A DNA stretch of 64,000 bases from Eledone cirrhosa (taxonomy: Eukaryota): contig OZ024741.1 in the NCBI GenBank assembly GCA_964016885.1, positions 49,662,001 to 49,726,000 on the forward strand, given 5' to 3'. Shown here in pieces: positions 39,638-53,175 of this stretch. The stretch's first letter is position 1. Every line of letters starts with the position of its first letter. Made by a program: the position numbers and the translations under genes. The notes under the pieces were generated by a model that was not told the origin of the DNA, searched no databases, and was given only the letters and a program-made list of their open reading frames with translations.

Positions 39638-40600
39638 ATCATCATCATCATCACCGTTTTACGTCCGTTCTTCCACGCTAGCATGGGTTAGACGGGTTGT
39701 CCTGTTGTGTGCAGTGTCTGGTCGGCTGACCATGCCTCGCTCATACAGGAACTGATTTGGCTTGATTTCTACAGCTGGATGCCCTTCCTAACACCAACCT
39801 CATTTACAGTGAGTGCTGGGTGCTTTTTCGTGGCGCCTACACGTCCACTTTACAGTGTGGGCTGGGTGCTTTTTTGCCGTGGCACCTCCACGACCACCTT
39901 GCGGTGGGGAGTGTGGGGGTATATTGTCTATATGCTTGAGCTTGTACCCATGGGAGGTCGGGTACTCTGTATTACTGCGTGACGCCAGAAGTCACGGTCG
40001 TGTGTCATTGTCTTTGAGAGGTGTAATTGGGTAAGGTCGGCTTTTATCACCTCATCCCAGGTCATCTTGGGTCTCCCCACTCCGCGGTTTCCATCAACTT
40101 CTAGTGCTCTGCATTCTTTATGCAGCTGTCATCCTTCATACGCATCACATGTCCATACCAGTGCAACCGCCTCTCCTGCACACAGCATTTGATTCCTCTT
40201 ATGCTCAGTCTCTCTCTCAATTCCTTTATGCTTTGTCGTTCACGTATATTACTGTTACACATCCATCGGAGCATGCAGGCTTCGTTTCTCTCTAATCTAC
40301 GTAAGTCTTCCACCTTCAGCGCCCAGGTCTCACTACCATGCAACATCGCTGTTCGGATACACGCATCATACAGTCTGCCATTCATTCTGAGGGAGAAGCC
40401 TTTTGCAGCTAGCAGTGGTAGTAGTTCCCTAAACTTCTTCCATCCCGTTCTTACCCTAGTTATTGTACTTTCTGAACACCCACCTCCGTTGCTAATTCGG
40501 TCACCTAGGTAGCAGAAGCTGTCTACTGTTTCTACAGGGCCCTCCCAGAGATTGGTGGTACTTGTTTCCTGTGGCTGTTTGCTGCTTGCTGTTTCAGCAC
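39638..40600 (-). mobile_element. RTE LINE family A, copy 3 (5'-truncated)
   Basis: Highly similar to 1430-2335 and 29475-30438. Confidence 0.95.
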
Positions 40601-40979
40601 ATATATACTCAATTATAAGCCAAGGAATATGTGAGCAAAAAATCAATGGTAAAATATATGACATCTAAACAATGTGTTGATTAGCTGAGATTTCTTTTCT
40701 TTTGTTGTTGTTATTATTGGTATCCCTTAATTGGATCCACACAACTCATGCCAGGACAGCCCATCATCTCCATTGATGGAAAAGGAAAGACAGCCCTGCT
40801 TGTGACTAGGGAGACCCTGGCCAGACAATGCTGCATGTTGTTCAGGATTGTCCCCTCAGATGTTTTCCCGGCGACCTGGAGGCAATCCATGATACTACAA
40901 ATGATGCCTTAGTCTGGCTCACCAATCTCGATCTGTCTCTCTAACCATTGTGCATGTCATACAACTAGAAAGAGTATTA

Positions 40980-41415
40980 TATTGACAGAATCAATAGAGC
41001 ATCAGACAACATGCTTAGTGGCACATAGTCACAGCCCTTTACATTCTGAGTTCAAATCCTGCCACGGTTAGCTTTGCCTTTCATCCTAACAGGGTCAATA
41101 AAATAAAGTACCAGTAATGCACTGTGGTCAATTTAATCAACTTACCCCTCCCCCAAATTGCTGGCTTTGTGCCTATGTCAGAAACCAATATAATTATTGG
41201 GGGTGGATGGATCGGCAGAGTTGTTAGTGTCGGACAATTGTTTAACAGTGTTTGTTCTGAGTTAAAATCCTGCCAAGAAACACTTTCCGTTTTATCACTC
41301 TGGAGGTCAATAAAATAAAATACCGGTTAAGTACTGGGGGGGTCAATATAATGAACTTTTGCTTTACCCTTATTGCTGGCCTTGTGCAATGTTAGAAAGA
41401 GAGAATTATTATTAT
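40980..41415 (+). mobile_element. Two tandem tRNA SINEs (second superfamily)
   Basis: Two cores, at ~41050-41190 and ~41255-41400. Confidence 0.7.
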
Positions 41416-41555
41416 TAGTTAGTTCCCTCATATTAACCTGAATGAAATATATATTGTATCATCATCATCGTTTAACCTCCATTTGCCATGCTAGCATGGG
41501 TGAGATGGGTTGTACCATTAGAAGCAAGTTGGGTCATGTTACCATGTTTTGCTCA

Positions 41556-41764
41556 TATACTCGAATATAAGCCAATGAATATGTAACCAAAAAAATCAAT
41601 GGTTGAAGTGGGGTGTTGACTTATATTCGAGGTCAATACTTTAACAATTTTTCACCAACTTCAAATTCTATATAAATAAAGTTTGGATTTTTGCCCATTT
41701 CTCAGGCACAAAATAGTGGAGTTGGCTTATATTTGTATCGGCTTATATTCGAGTAGCTACAGTA
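41556..41764. mobile_element. Tc2-like MITE
   Basis: tactcgaatataagcc ... ggcttatattcgagtagctacagta. Confidence 0.6.
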
Positions 41765-42529
41765 TTTGTAGCTAATTTGTCTAAAGCCATGTAGCCATAT
41801 GGAAAAAATACTGCTTTTATTTATCCATACAGAATATGTATTAAAAATGACCATTTTTTGTTTACTGACTGACTAATAATAAACGCAGTCTAATTTCTTT
41901 TCTCCTTCTACTACCATCAACACATCATCTATTTGTAAAACTTGTTATGTGAACTTGTGACTTTGCAATTGGTTCAATGAGCCTTTCATCATATTTGGCT
42001 GCGCCATTAACTTGTAAAAGAAAAAAAAATCTATAAATAATCCTCAGAGCATTGACCTACTCCTAATTCAAATCAGTGTTTATATATTTTTTTATATTTA
42101 TATAATTTTTATCATTTTTTTTTTCTTCTATCATTACTTTTTTCCCCTATCTTCACTTGGTGCAATCAAGGAATTAAAGTGTAGTAAGTTTAACTGTAAT
42201 ATTGATCCTCCCCCCCCTTCTTTTCACTATTCCCGATGTCCCCCCCCCCCCCCCCCCCCGATATATTAAGGTATAGTCCGAATATGCTGCTGTTCTTATT
42301 TGACTAACCCCAGAGAGAGATTAAAAGGAATGTTGAATGAAGAAAAGTCCAATCTAAATACTGTGAGGGGGCATTTAGCTGGGGTCAGACAGCCTGTCAT
42401 TTCTGCTTACTCTTTGCTTAAATTGAACCACAATAATAATAATAATAAGTCCTTGTGTCATTAAAACTAATAAGGGTGGGGATAAGAACAATCTGGTATA
42501 ATGAGATATGCAAGATATGAAAACAAAAA

Positions 42530-43230
42530 CGGAGAGACAGGGAGAGAGAAAGACAGATAGGGGAAGAGATAGGAGAGAAAGACAGATAGGGGGGGGAGAT
42601 AGATGAGGGAGAGGGGGAGAGAAAGACAGATAGGGGTTGAGATAAATGAGGGAGAAGGGGAGAGATAGATGAGGGAGAGGAGGAGAGAGAGACAGAAGGG
42701 AAGATAGGGGGGGGGGAGACAGGGAGAGAGAGAGAGCCCAAAGAACAAAAACAAACCAACAAAAATAAATCAAGAATTATTTGGGAAGTTGTCTAATTGT
42801 TTGACCATTGTATTTATTGACTGGACAAATTAAATGTTAAAAACAGTAAGATTACTTAATGGATGAAAATAAATTAAGTCTTGACTTAAAGTCCTTTAAT
42901 CTCATTTTATCTCTCTTCTCTTATTCTTTCTCATTTGTTTTCTTTATCTTATCTTGTCTTTCTCTCTCTAGATTTTCCCTTCCCTCTGATCTCTCTCCCC
43001 TTCCCTTTCGCTCTCTTCTCTCTTCCTTCTGCTCTCCTTTTTCCTTCACTCCCCTCTTTGCTCTCTTCTCTCCTCCTCTCTTCTCTCCCTCTGCCCTGGC
43101 ACTTTTCTCCTATCTTTTCCTCTCCTTCTCTTCTCTCCCCTCTCTTCCTTTCCCCTATCCCTTCTGCTCTCCTTTCCTCTCTCCCCTCTCCCCTTTCTTT
43201 TCTCTCCTCTCATCTCTCTCTATTTCTCAT
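42530..43230. repeat. Polypurine tract (42530-42735) and polypyrimidine tract (42900-43230)
   Basis: Direct inspection. Confidence 0.9.
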
Positions 43231-43332
43231 CATTTGGATATGGTACCCCCCTCCATAATAGAATGTAATCAATGTTTTAGGGTAGAATACCCAAATCTTC
43301 CCGTTTGGTGATTTGTTTTGTTCATATATTTT

Positions 43333-43820
43333 AAAACACCCAGTACACTCTGTAAAGTGGTTGGTGACTGAACAGACACAATATCAGGCAGAAAGAACTC
43401 GTCAGTCTTGCTGAGTACATGACAGTCTCTCTAGTGTTGGTACCATCATAAAATGTATCCAGTAAACTTTTTGAAGTTATTGGTGTTAGAAAGGTCATCA
43501 AGTTGTAGAAAAAATGACCCGTCCAAGCCATGCCAGCATGGAAATGAATTTAAAATGATAATGGGCATGTGGTTAGAATGTCTCAGGAAAGAATCGCTGG
43601 ACAGATTACACAGGCAAAACCAACCGGCAGGAGACCCAGGAGTAGACCTCTAGCAAGATGGTTGGATAACATCCATGACTTGGCTGGTCTCGCTTGGGGA
43701 TCTAGCCAGATCAGTTGGAGATGGTTGCTTCTAACAGGACCTGCTGGAAGGTGTGTCTGAGGACTCTGCCTTTATGGCCCTCTCAGGAATAAGTAGGTTA
43801 AGAAGAAGAAAAAGAGGAGA
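43333..43820 (+). mobile_element. RTE-tail element (43333-43560) followed by a Rex3-like RTE 3' fragment
   Basis: ccatgccagcatggaa tail, then GHVVRMSQERIAGQI with (GAA)n end. Confidence 0.65.
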
Positions 43821-45344
43821 TAGTGATGATGATGATTTACATCTGAAAATATGAACATTGTTTACACAAACATTTTTACATTGAAAAGCTCTTCCAACTG
43901 TTGCTAATTAAATGTCTTATATGAATGAAACCTGTTTGTCAGCCAGGCAGCTTGTTGCAAACTGAGATATTTCCTTTACTCAAGGACACAAGATAATATC
44001 TATGTCTATAATTCAATCAATAGTCTAATACTTTAATTTCACATCCATCATGCCTATGGTTTATTATTATTACTTTATTCTTTATATTTATATGCAAGAA
44101 AAATTATTATAATTGCATGTCTCAACCTGTTCTTTGTCATATATTGTTTTTCTTGTTTTGTTTTGTTTTAAATATTATTTTCAAACAACAATGAAATAAA
44201 TTTTTGTTGTAACTGAGTCACTGTTCTAGAGCTCATTTAAAATTTTTATTTTACTACTCTTGTGTCATGTGTATGAATTATTCATCTTTTTATTGAAACT
44301 TGGGGTGAAAAGTCTAAAGGGACTGTTGATAGACATGTAAGAGACAAGAAACAAAGTATGTAGTCCAAATTTTCTACTCAATTTTGTCTAAAGTCTGTCT
44401 TGAGCCCAGAGGCTCATCAGGCCAGTGCTTGTCCTGGTTTCCATGGCATGAAGCAATGCCAGTCCATCACAGAGTTAACTCCCATCTATTACTGGTATCT
44501 TCAGCTGAGTATACTGGAGTGACTTCAAATGAAGTGTTTTGCTCAAGAACACATCACACAGGAATTAAACCCACAACATTATGATCATAAGTTCAACACC
44601 CTTACCACTAATGCCTTAAAGTTTTCAAATGAACTGATAAATGTGTCTTGAGAAAGGGATTTTATTTAATAAGAGAATCATTGATTTCTTTTGATTAGAC
44701 ACAAAGTTTGAGATTCATAAGGTAGGAAAAATGAGATATATTAACAATCATGACTATTTCAAATCTCAAGGATATTGCAATTAATTAACAAACTTGGCTT
44801 GCCAGATGACTTTATGGGATACCCATGATTCAGATATTACATCATTTAGTATTTTTTTTTTTTATTGGCTGAGTCATTATCAGTCTAACATATGAACATA
44901 TTCAACCATTAGTGTTGCATTATGCTTGTGTCCAAAATTTAAAATCAAAATTTTGACTATTGCTAGCCTATACTTACTATGTACCTTGGGAAAAGTGTAG
45001 TTCCTCACTATAAACAGCAATATAGTACTGTACAACCTATTTGTTATTTTGCAGTCTTGGACTCTTAAGCTTCTACGGACAGCACTCCTCCTTGTCCATC
45101 CAACTATATGATTAATAACCACATCATTCATAGATATATTCAGCAGTGACTGACATATTCTTTTTTGCCAAAGTGCTGGACTTCCTTAGTTTCCTCTCCG
45201 CTCAGCTCATCAACTCTTGGCCTACTCAGAATCTATAGCACCTCACCTTATGAAACTATGCTGTGTAGATCTTTCTGCAGCAAAGCTTCCCTATGACTCT
45301 AAATTAAGGATGAAATTACTTTAGGAAAGCTTTGTGAATATTCT

Positions 45345-45640
45345 TTGTCCACGTATTCCTGAGAGAGCCATAGGAGCAGAGTCCTGAAACACTCTTTCCA
45401 CTGGGTTCTGTCAGAAGTAACCATCTCCAACTGATCCAGCTGGATCCGGCTGGTTTTTCCTGTAAAATCTGTCCAGTGATTCTTTCCTGAGACATTCTAA
45501 CCACATGCCCATAGTATCGGAGCTGTGATCTCTGAGCTATGCACTCTATCAAGTATCGTTACTCCAAAGAGCCTTTGGATAAACCCCAAGAAATGGCCAT
45601 TTTGGCAGTATGACCAGAAGAGTGTAGTTGGACAACACTA
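45345..45640 (-). mobile_element. Rex3-like RTE 3' fragment
   Basis: RSQLRYYGHVVRMSQERITGQIL. Confidence 0.7.
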
Positions 45641-45779
45641 AATAATTGAACATCTCAGTGTCTGGATCTTTTGCCTAGCAACAGTACATAATTGAAGATC
45701 TCAATGTCTGGATACTTGGCCTAGCAACACAATACAATTGAGGATCTTAGTGTCAAGGTCTTACCCTGCACAGTATTTT

Positions 45780-46140
45780 GTGCATGCTGTTCATGTGGAA
45801 TCTATTCAGCTTCTTGCTCAGTTTGCTGCAAACAATCTAAATCTTACAAGACAGCAGAGTTGGTAGAGCAACAGCTCTAGACCTTCAGTTTTGCCTGAGA
45901 GTTTCTGTGAAGTTACTGAAGGGCCAATTTGCTATTTACTTAATCATCAATGTAGATCATTCTTAAGAGAGTGCCACCAAAGTAAGTAAATCTCTCAACA
46001 ATCAGTAGAATCTGATCTTTGACAATGATTGTCAGTGTCCTGTACTCCTTGTATTGGGCTGGTTAGTACATGACTTTGGTTTTCTTTGTGCTGATAGCAG
46101 GACCCAGGTTATCATTGGCAGAGGAGAACCTGATCATACA
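45780..46140 (-). mobile_element. Degenerate RTE fragment (family E)
   Basis: FSSANDNLGPAISTKKTKVMY..VERFTYFGGTL, RT motifs 6-7 without a PHD insert. Confidence 0.6.
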
Positions 46141-46393
46141 CTATTTAAGATTCTGTGCATGCATTGAGAACTCACACACACAGATGCATTCAAATTGTGT
46201 ATTCTAAATATTATTCTTGCAGTTAAGCATGTTTTCATCCTATATTATATTTTTTCCTAATCCTGTAAATATTGGACAAGATTCCTTAATCACATCACTT
46301 TTATTTTCCCCCCATATTTTTCTGTCTTTCACCTGCTCAACTTTTGTCTAATTTTTACTATATAAAAAAATCCACCCTATGCTATTCTTTCAG

Positions 46394-46479
46394 GGACTGA
46401 GAGGTGTGGGATCTGAAGATGTTGTAGTAAAATACAGTGACGGTACTACTGAAACCCTCAGGCAGAATATTCCTTTAAG
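46394..46479 (+). CDS. Probable internal coding exon of an unidentified host gene (GLRGVGSEDVVVKYSDGTTETLRQNIPL)
   Basis: Polypyrimidine tract + tttcag acceptor, AG|GTAAGT donor, open 86-nt frame in non-repetitive sequence. Confidence 0.6.
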
Positions 46480-48055
46480 GTAAGTAGATGTTTATGTACA
46501 GAATTGTTCTAATTGTAAACTATGTGGTCTTAATAGTAATTTAAGTCAAAATAAATAATTAAGTAAATCTACTCTCATGTCCCAAATAATAGGGGAGGTT
46601 GGAATAAGTGGGGAAGGGGGAAATGGTAATTTTTCTAGATTGTCTCTGTTGATTTTTTTTAAGAACCAGAATTAGTCGTTTAGTTTACATATTGTGATTC
46701 CAACCGATCCTATCTGAAAATTATTAAGCGGTGGTGGGAATGATTATTTGAAACCCGAGAGTACATGGAAAAGTTCAAACTTTCTCCAGTGATCTATGAG
46801 CATGTTTTACTGTTGTTTCCCAAATCTGACTGATGCCCACTATATATGAAATAATACTGGTATTTGTTTTCCTGTCAGTTTGGTTTGTGTCAGATACATT
46901 TATGACTTTGTATCAAAGTTTGAATTGATAACAATAACTTATGATAATGCCCCACCCTACACCAGATATATAAATGTATACGTTTGGTCTAGATCTGAGA
47001 AGAAAAACTAATATGAGTCAAATTATTCAAACAGATCTTTTGAGCTTACAGGCTACTATTTCTTATGAAAACCTCATAGTTTCTAGCACTGAACTTCTGA
47101 CAGAAAACAGTTATTAATCTCTTAACATTATTCATTTAATTTTGCTATTTTTATTATCTGTTTTTTATATTAACAATATTATTTGGTTAAAAAATAAAAA
47201 TATTTATTAATTCCATAGCTAAAGGAACTGTTTTTCATTTTGTTTTATTATAGCTATAAAATATATCTTGACTGCTAGTCTGTCTGAAAACTGAATGTAT
47301 GATACACATAATTTCATAACATTCAGACTTTATATAACTACCTTAAACTGTAATCTTTCATCAAGTGTTAACATAACATGAGGTGAAATATGATTTACAA
47401 AAACGTTTTAGTGACAGGCATTTGATTTTTAGCATCCAGTAACTTCTGTATTGCTACTACTGACAGATATATTGTTGTGCTTTCTATTGAATCATTCTGG
47501 TTATACTAAGAAGCTTCTTAAATATATTTAGATACATACCCAATCTTATTTCTGGGTATTTTATTGTCAATTGTATTTCGTTGTAAGTTACCAAATAAGA
47601 GTGCTGGCTACAGGATTTCTATTTATTATGGAACCAGAGGTTTAGTCCTTATTTCTGATGTTAGTAGAAAGTTCCATTGTTTTTTTAAATAGGTTGTATA
47701 AAATATATTTCAGTATATCAGGAAACTTATTTTTATATCAGGAAATAAGAATTTCAATAAAACTGAATGAAATTAAGTTAAGAATTTAATTAATTTTGGA
47801 AATTAAATGTTTTGATTTATTTTTTGGGGATGTGAGTGAAAGTTTATGTCAGTTTATCACTTTGGGTTATATGACTTTAAAACCTGTTTTTACCAAAGAG
47901 ACAAACTTTAGGTCAACATTTAAACTCTTCTAATACTATAACCATAAATCATCAACTAAACTTCACCTATATTAATGTCATCATTTTAGACCATTTGTAG
48001 ACTTGCTAAATGTTCAATTGGTTCTTTGTTAAATCAACAACTAAATTTTATAATA

Positions 48056-48380
48056 AGAGCTTGGATGAACTGAAGGAGAAGCTGGGTTTGAGAGGTGGTG
48101 TATAGGAGAGAAGACTGTGTTAGTGTGGACATGGGATGCATATGGATGATGATCGATGGGTGAAGAAGCGCCAGGAAATGGCAGTGGAAGGAAGCTGCAG
48201 TAGAGGTAGACCAAGAAAGACCTGGGCAGAGGTGGTGAGAGCTGATGTCAAATCATTGAAACACACAGAGGAGATGACAAAGAAATGTGGCAAGTGGAGA
48301 GATGCTGTGCTGAGATGAACCTGTCCAACCCATGCAAACATGGAAGAATGGATGTAAAAATTATGATGACAGTGATGATA
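48056..48380 (+). mobile_element. RTE family C 3' fragment
   Basis: MDDDRWVKK..RGRPRKTWAEVVRAD; short UTR with shared tail. Confidence 0.8.
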
Positions 48381-49630
48381 TTATAGCATTTTATACTAGA
48401 TCTAAACAGTTTAATATTAGATCTGATTATGCTGTATCTAACAGTTTGTTTCTCAATGTCTGATTATTGTTTCTTAGTGTTTAGTGGTTGCTTACTCAGA
48501 CTAACAACTAATTTCTCAGGAAATTTAGAAACTAAGCAATAAAATTAATAAAATAAGAATATTTCATAGTTAATTTAGTCTGTGATAAACATAAAAGAAA
48601 AAAATTTACTGTTCATCAATGTGTATAAAAAAGAAAAATGAAAAAGAAAAAAAAAATAACATTAAAAGAAGAAGGTAAGGAAAATGGGGAAGGACCAGCA
48701 GACTCTACACCCAACACCAGGCAGTATATCTCAGCCCCTTCCTTCTGTGGATAAAATGGTGAAGGCATTTCTACAGAGAAATAGTGAAGTACAATGCTTT
48801 ACAACAGTTTCTAAACTATTTAGTATTGAAAGAGGTCTGTCAACTCCTAATTTGTCTAATAATGAAATAGGACTGTTTTCATTTCACACTTCATTCAAAC
48901 TTATCATAATGCTAGAGTGTCCTTAGATATACACCTATGCAATTAACAGATGGGCTATCCAGGACTAATAACTTAACTAACACTCAGAAATGACTTAGAT
49001 CAACATTGAAACAATACTGTACAGAGATGGGATTCAGGAAACAGTTGACATCTGCTTGTCACATAAGCATGTAGTTTCTATCAAGAAATAAAACAGGAAC
49101 ATCTCCAAAGTCTGGCAATTACCCATTGTCTACAGGCACTTGATCTGTGTTTTTTTAGCACACATACCAACACATCCTCCTTTTCTTATATGCAAACACA
49201 CATTCTGTCTGCCTAATCTGGATTTGAAGGACACAGCCTGTATTGTCTCCTGTCCTGTATATAAACTAAGTTCTGTTATCAGGCCATAAATACAGAACTA
49301 AGTGTACATAGTTTTATAGCTATGTAAATGTCTGAATGTGTGGGGTGGAGGTAGGAGAGGAAAGGGGTGGTCATGTGCACATGCTTGCACAGACACATAC
49401 ACATATGCATAAATATATATATATATAAATATGCAAATATGTACAGGGTTCAACCTTCTCACTGTGGAAATGCTGTTCTAATGGAAATGTGTTTACGCAT
49501 ATATTTGCATGTATAAATACAATATTCTCTCTCACTGTATATATATATATATACATATACATACCTATATATATATATACATATATACATATATATATAC
49601 ATACACATATGCATACATATATATTTATAT

Positions 49631-49663
<33 letters not shown>

Positions 49664-49703
49664 TATATATATACATACATACATATATATATACATACAC
49701 ATA

Positions 49704-49753
<50 letters not shown>

Positions 49754-50052
49754 CATTATCGGAGAAAGCTAATAGCGATACTCCGGCCAAATCCCAACTC
49801 ACTCAACAAACATTAGGAAATAAGTGAGTATATTCCTAATTAAACGTTCGGGGTGCTAACTAATTGTATTGTGTGGAAAATTGGCTGTATCATTTCATAT
49901 GAGATATATCAAATATATCTCTTCCCAGACGGACGTCTCGTTTCATTATAAGATTTCTACAAGTTGGGTGAAATTATACCAATTTATGTAGAAGCTTGTT
50001 TATATATATATATATATATATATACATACCTATATTATATATATACATACAA

Positions 50053-50266
50053 GGGATTGACAGTATCAGTAGAGGGTTGGACGCCATGCTTTGCATCATA
50101 GAGTTATGTCCCTTTATGGTCTGAGTTCAAATCCCGCGAACGTTAACTTTGCCCTTCATCCTTACGGAGTCGATAAAATAAAGTACCAGTAATGCACTGG
50201 GGGCAATTTAATCGACTTTCCCCTCCCCCAAAATTGCTGGCTTTGTGCCTATATAAGAAACCATTA
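50053..50266 (+). mobile_element. tRNA SINE (second superfamily) between TA repeats
   Basis: Same core. Confidence 0.8.
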
Positions 50267-50281
50267 TATATATACATACAT

Positions 50282-50343
<62 letters not shown>

Positions 50344-50424
50344 GAACAGTATGTTACTAGTTAAAACCCTTAAGACCATTATTCAACTTAGTATTCTATA
50401 CTTTAAGAAAAGTAGAGTGTAAAT

Positions 50425-50612
50425 ATTATGTTGCCAGTATTGCCAATAAAGAGAAACACATGATATGATTTTCACCTTTTCGCTTTATCTTTATCACTAA
50501 TTATTGCTTATTTTGTCAAAGTTGTTTTGTCACATTCTGTGACCTCATCATTGACTATGTTCCCTTTTGTGCCTCCTCTTCTTTCTGGTCTTAATCTACT
50601 ACTCCATCTTGT
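50425..50612 (-). mobile_element. Penelope 3'-end relic with decayed hammerhead (50515-50555)
   Basis: Homologous to 33030-33245: GTCA aTGATGA GGTCACA-gaa-TGTGAC aAAA CAACT TTGAC. Confidence 0.55.
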
Positions 50613-51148
50613 CTTTATATATATATAGGTGTATATGAAAACATATATAAACATTTATATATATATATACAATAAATATATGGGTAGCCTTGCTATCAAA
50701 GAAAGATACTTTTTCTTAACAAAAAAATTTATTTTTTTCTATTTTCCTCTGTGAATATATCATAGAGTTGCCAGTATATTTTGGGAATGTCAGACAGCTG
50801 TGTTTCAAGATTTGTTAATCTTTCAAATGTTACTCATTCAACCCATATTGACATGGGAATAGACTAGAGTCCATATAGAATTTTGCAAGATGATCATTTG
50901 CTGGTGATGCTCATTTGTATATAGTGTGAATTTGGCTGATTATATTTAATTGGCAGTAGCACTAAGATAGAAGTGTATATGAAAACATATATTATATAAA
51001 AGAAGTAAGATTTCACTTCAAGCATAGCTTTATACAATATGTACAGAAATTTTGTGTTTCTAAAGAAATCCGGTTTTAGGAAGCCGTAGCTATGCAAACA
51101 CCGGGGCTAACGCCCTCTGGTGGTGTCCAGCAGAAGCAAGGGGGACAA

Positions 51149-51190
51149 CCATCTATGCATTTCAGGCTTGACTGGCCTTCATCAGAATGG
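51149..51190 (-). ncRNA. Minimal type I hammerhead ribozyme with intact core
   Basis: CCATT CTGATGA AGGC-cagtcaa-GCCT GAAA TGCAT A GATGG; stem III region ATGCAT is palindromic. Confidence 0.75.
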
Positions 51191-51430
51191 TGCCTCCCAC
51201 TGCTTGTTACTGCTATTATATGTTTATATACATATAAATATATAGGTAGCCTTACTATTGCTATGTCTTTCTATTTTTAAAGGCAATATTTGCTTGTAAG
51301 TTTTTTTTTATCTGCGCCCATGAATTGTTATATCTCAGTTTCAGAAGATCCTGTACAAGAGTGAAAGTGAAAATTGTTTGCTTAAACTTTTAATCTGTGT
51401 TAATAATATATATATATATATAAATATATA

Positions 51431-52674
51431 GTATCTAGAATAAGGACGGGTTGGAAGAAGTTTAGGGAGTTGCTTCCTCTGCTGACGAAGAAGGGTTTCT
51501 TCCTGCGTACGAAAGGCCGGTTATGTGATGCCTGTGTGAGGAGCGCGATGCTACATGGTAGTGAAACATGGGCAGTAACTGCAGAGGATATGCGACGGCT
51601 GGAGAGAAATGAGGCAAGCATGCTCCGTCGGATGTGCAATGTCAATGTGCGTGAACTACCCAGCATGAATGTGTCGAGGTAGAAACTGTGTCTGAGAGGG
51701 ATAGAATGTAGTGGTATGGACCACTGGAGGAGACTGAGGTGGTATGGACATGTGATGCACATGGAGGATGACCGATGGGTGAAGAAGTGCCAGGAAATGC
51801 CAGTTGAAGAAAGACGTGGTAGAGGTAGACGACAAAAAACATGGGCGGAGGTGGTGAGAACAGACCTCAGATTACTGAAGCTCACGGTGGAGATGACGAA
51901 GGACCGTGACAAGTGGAGAGATGCTGTGCTGAATAAGACCCGTCCCACCCTTGCAAGCAGGGAAAATCATCATCATCATCATCATCAGGTTTAGCGTCCG
52001 TGTTCCACGCTTGCATGGGTTTGGACAGGGGTTTTCCCACTTGAGGCAAGAGCGGTTGTCTTGCTCGCATAGGACTGTCTGGCGGGTTTTCTACAGTTGG
52101 ATGCCCTTCCTAACACCAACCACATTTACAGTGTGGGGCTGGTAGGTTTTTACCGTGTTGCCTACACGGCCACATTACAGCGTGGACTGTCTGGCGGGTT
52201 TTCTACAGCTGGATGCCCTTCCTAACACCAACCACATTTACAGTGTGGGGCTGGGAGGTTTTTACCGTGTTGCCTACACGGCCACACTTACAGCGTGGAC
52301 TGTGTGTTTTTTTGTCGTGACACCTACACGATCTCATTTGTTTCGGCCTGGATGTTGTGGGACCAACATAACTGTACATTGAAAGGGGCGGTGTGGATGG
52401 GGTGGAGGTGGTGGGACGGGGGGGTGTTTTGATAGAGATGCCTACTGACTGTAGTAGGTTTTTACTTTGTATTTAGGTAAGGCGGGTCTTCTCTATTACT
52501 GAGTACCGCCAAAGGTCTCGGTCCAGTGACATTGTCTTGGAGAGGTGTAAGCGTGTGAGGTCGGAATTTATCAGCTCGTCCCATGTTTTTCTGGGTCTGC
52601 CTACTCCGTGGCTACTGTCTATCTTTATTGCCCTGCACTTTGTTATAAAGCGGACGTAAAATGATGATGATGAT
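51431..52674 (+). mobile_element. RTE family C 3' fragment whose tail is split by a nested family B insertion
   Basis: LPLLTKKGF..HGSETWAV..RRLRWYGHV; tail cagggaaaa (51966) resumes as aagcggacgtaaaatgatg (52648). Confidence 0.85.
51967..52647 (-). mobile_element. RTE family B 3' end (nested), with ~115-bp internal duplication
   Basis: Matches 21120-21675 in reverse. Confidence 0.9.
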
Positions 52675-52769
52675 ATATACCGTCTAAACCCATGATAGCG
52701 TGGAAGATAGACGTTAAATGATGATGATGATATATATATTTAGAAAGTGAACAACACAAAATCTAACTA

Positions 52770-52839
52770 CTCCATTACCAAAGGTTTCTGGATCACAGAC
52801 GATAATAATATATACGTCTGGATCCTTCACCAGATAGAG
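52770..52839 (-). ncRNA. Type I hammerhead-like motif (A6G variant) in a ~200-bp TA-flanked insert
   Basis: CTCTAT CTGgTGA A GGATC-CAGACG..CGTCTG-t-GATCC A GAAA CC-ttt-GGT A ATGGAG. Confidence 0.7.
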
Positions 52840-53175
52840 ATGTTATGGATAAAAGATATGAAATGAAATTTAAAATCTGTTAAAAATTGGAAGTGAGGTT
52901 GGAAAAATAACAGGATAAAAAAATAAAAATATAAAGTTTATATATATATATATATAACTTATCACTTGAGAGAGGAGGAAGGTTTCTTCTCTGAAGACTT
53001 GCTGTCAAGCTCTCCTGAGAGTTCCTTACCACTGGAACCACTAGCCATAGTTGAGTTTCACAGAACATAAGATAAATTATGACATTTTACTAATGCTTAT
53101 AGCTAATGGTATGTTTTTGTAATTTCAGAATAAATACTTTTGAACTCTACTAAGTTTTGACCACATAAGTTTAAT

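Noticed and set aside
48690-49010. Possible decayed LINE coding remnant on the minus strand
   Set aside because: Too many stops and no diagnostic motif to assign a family.
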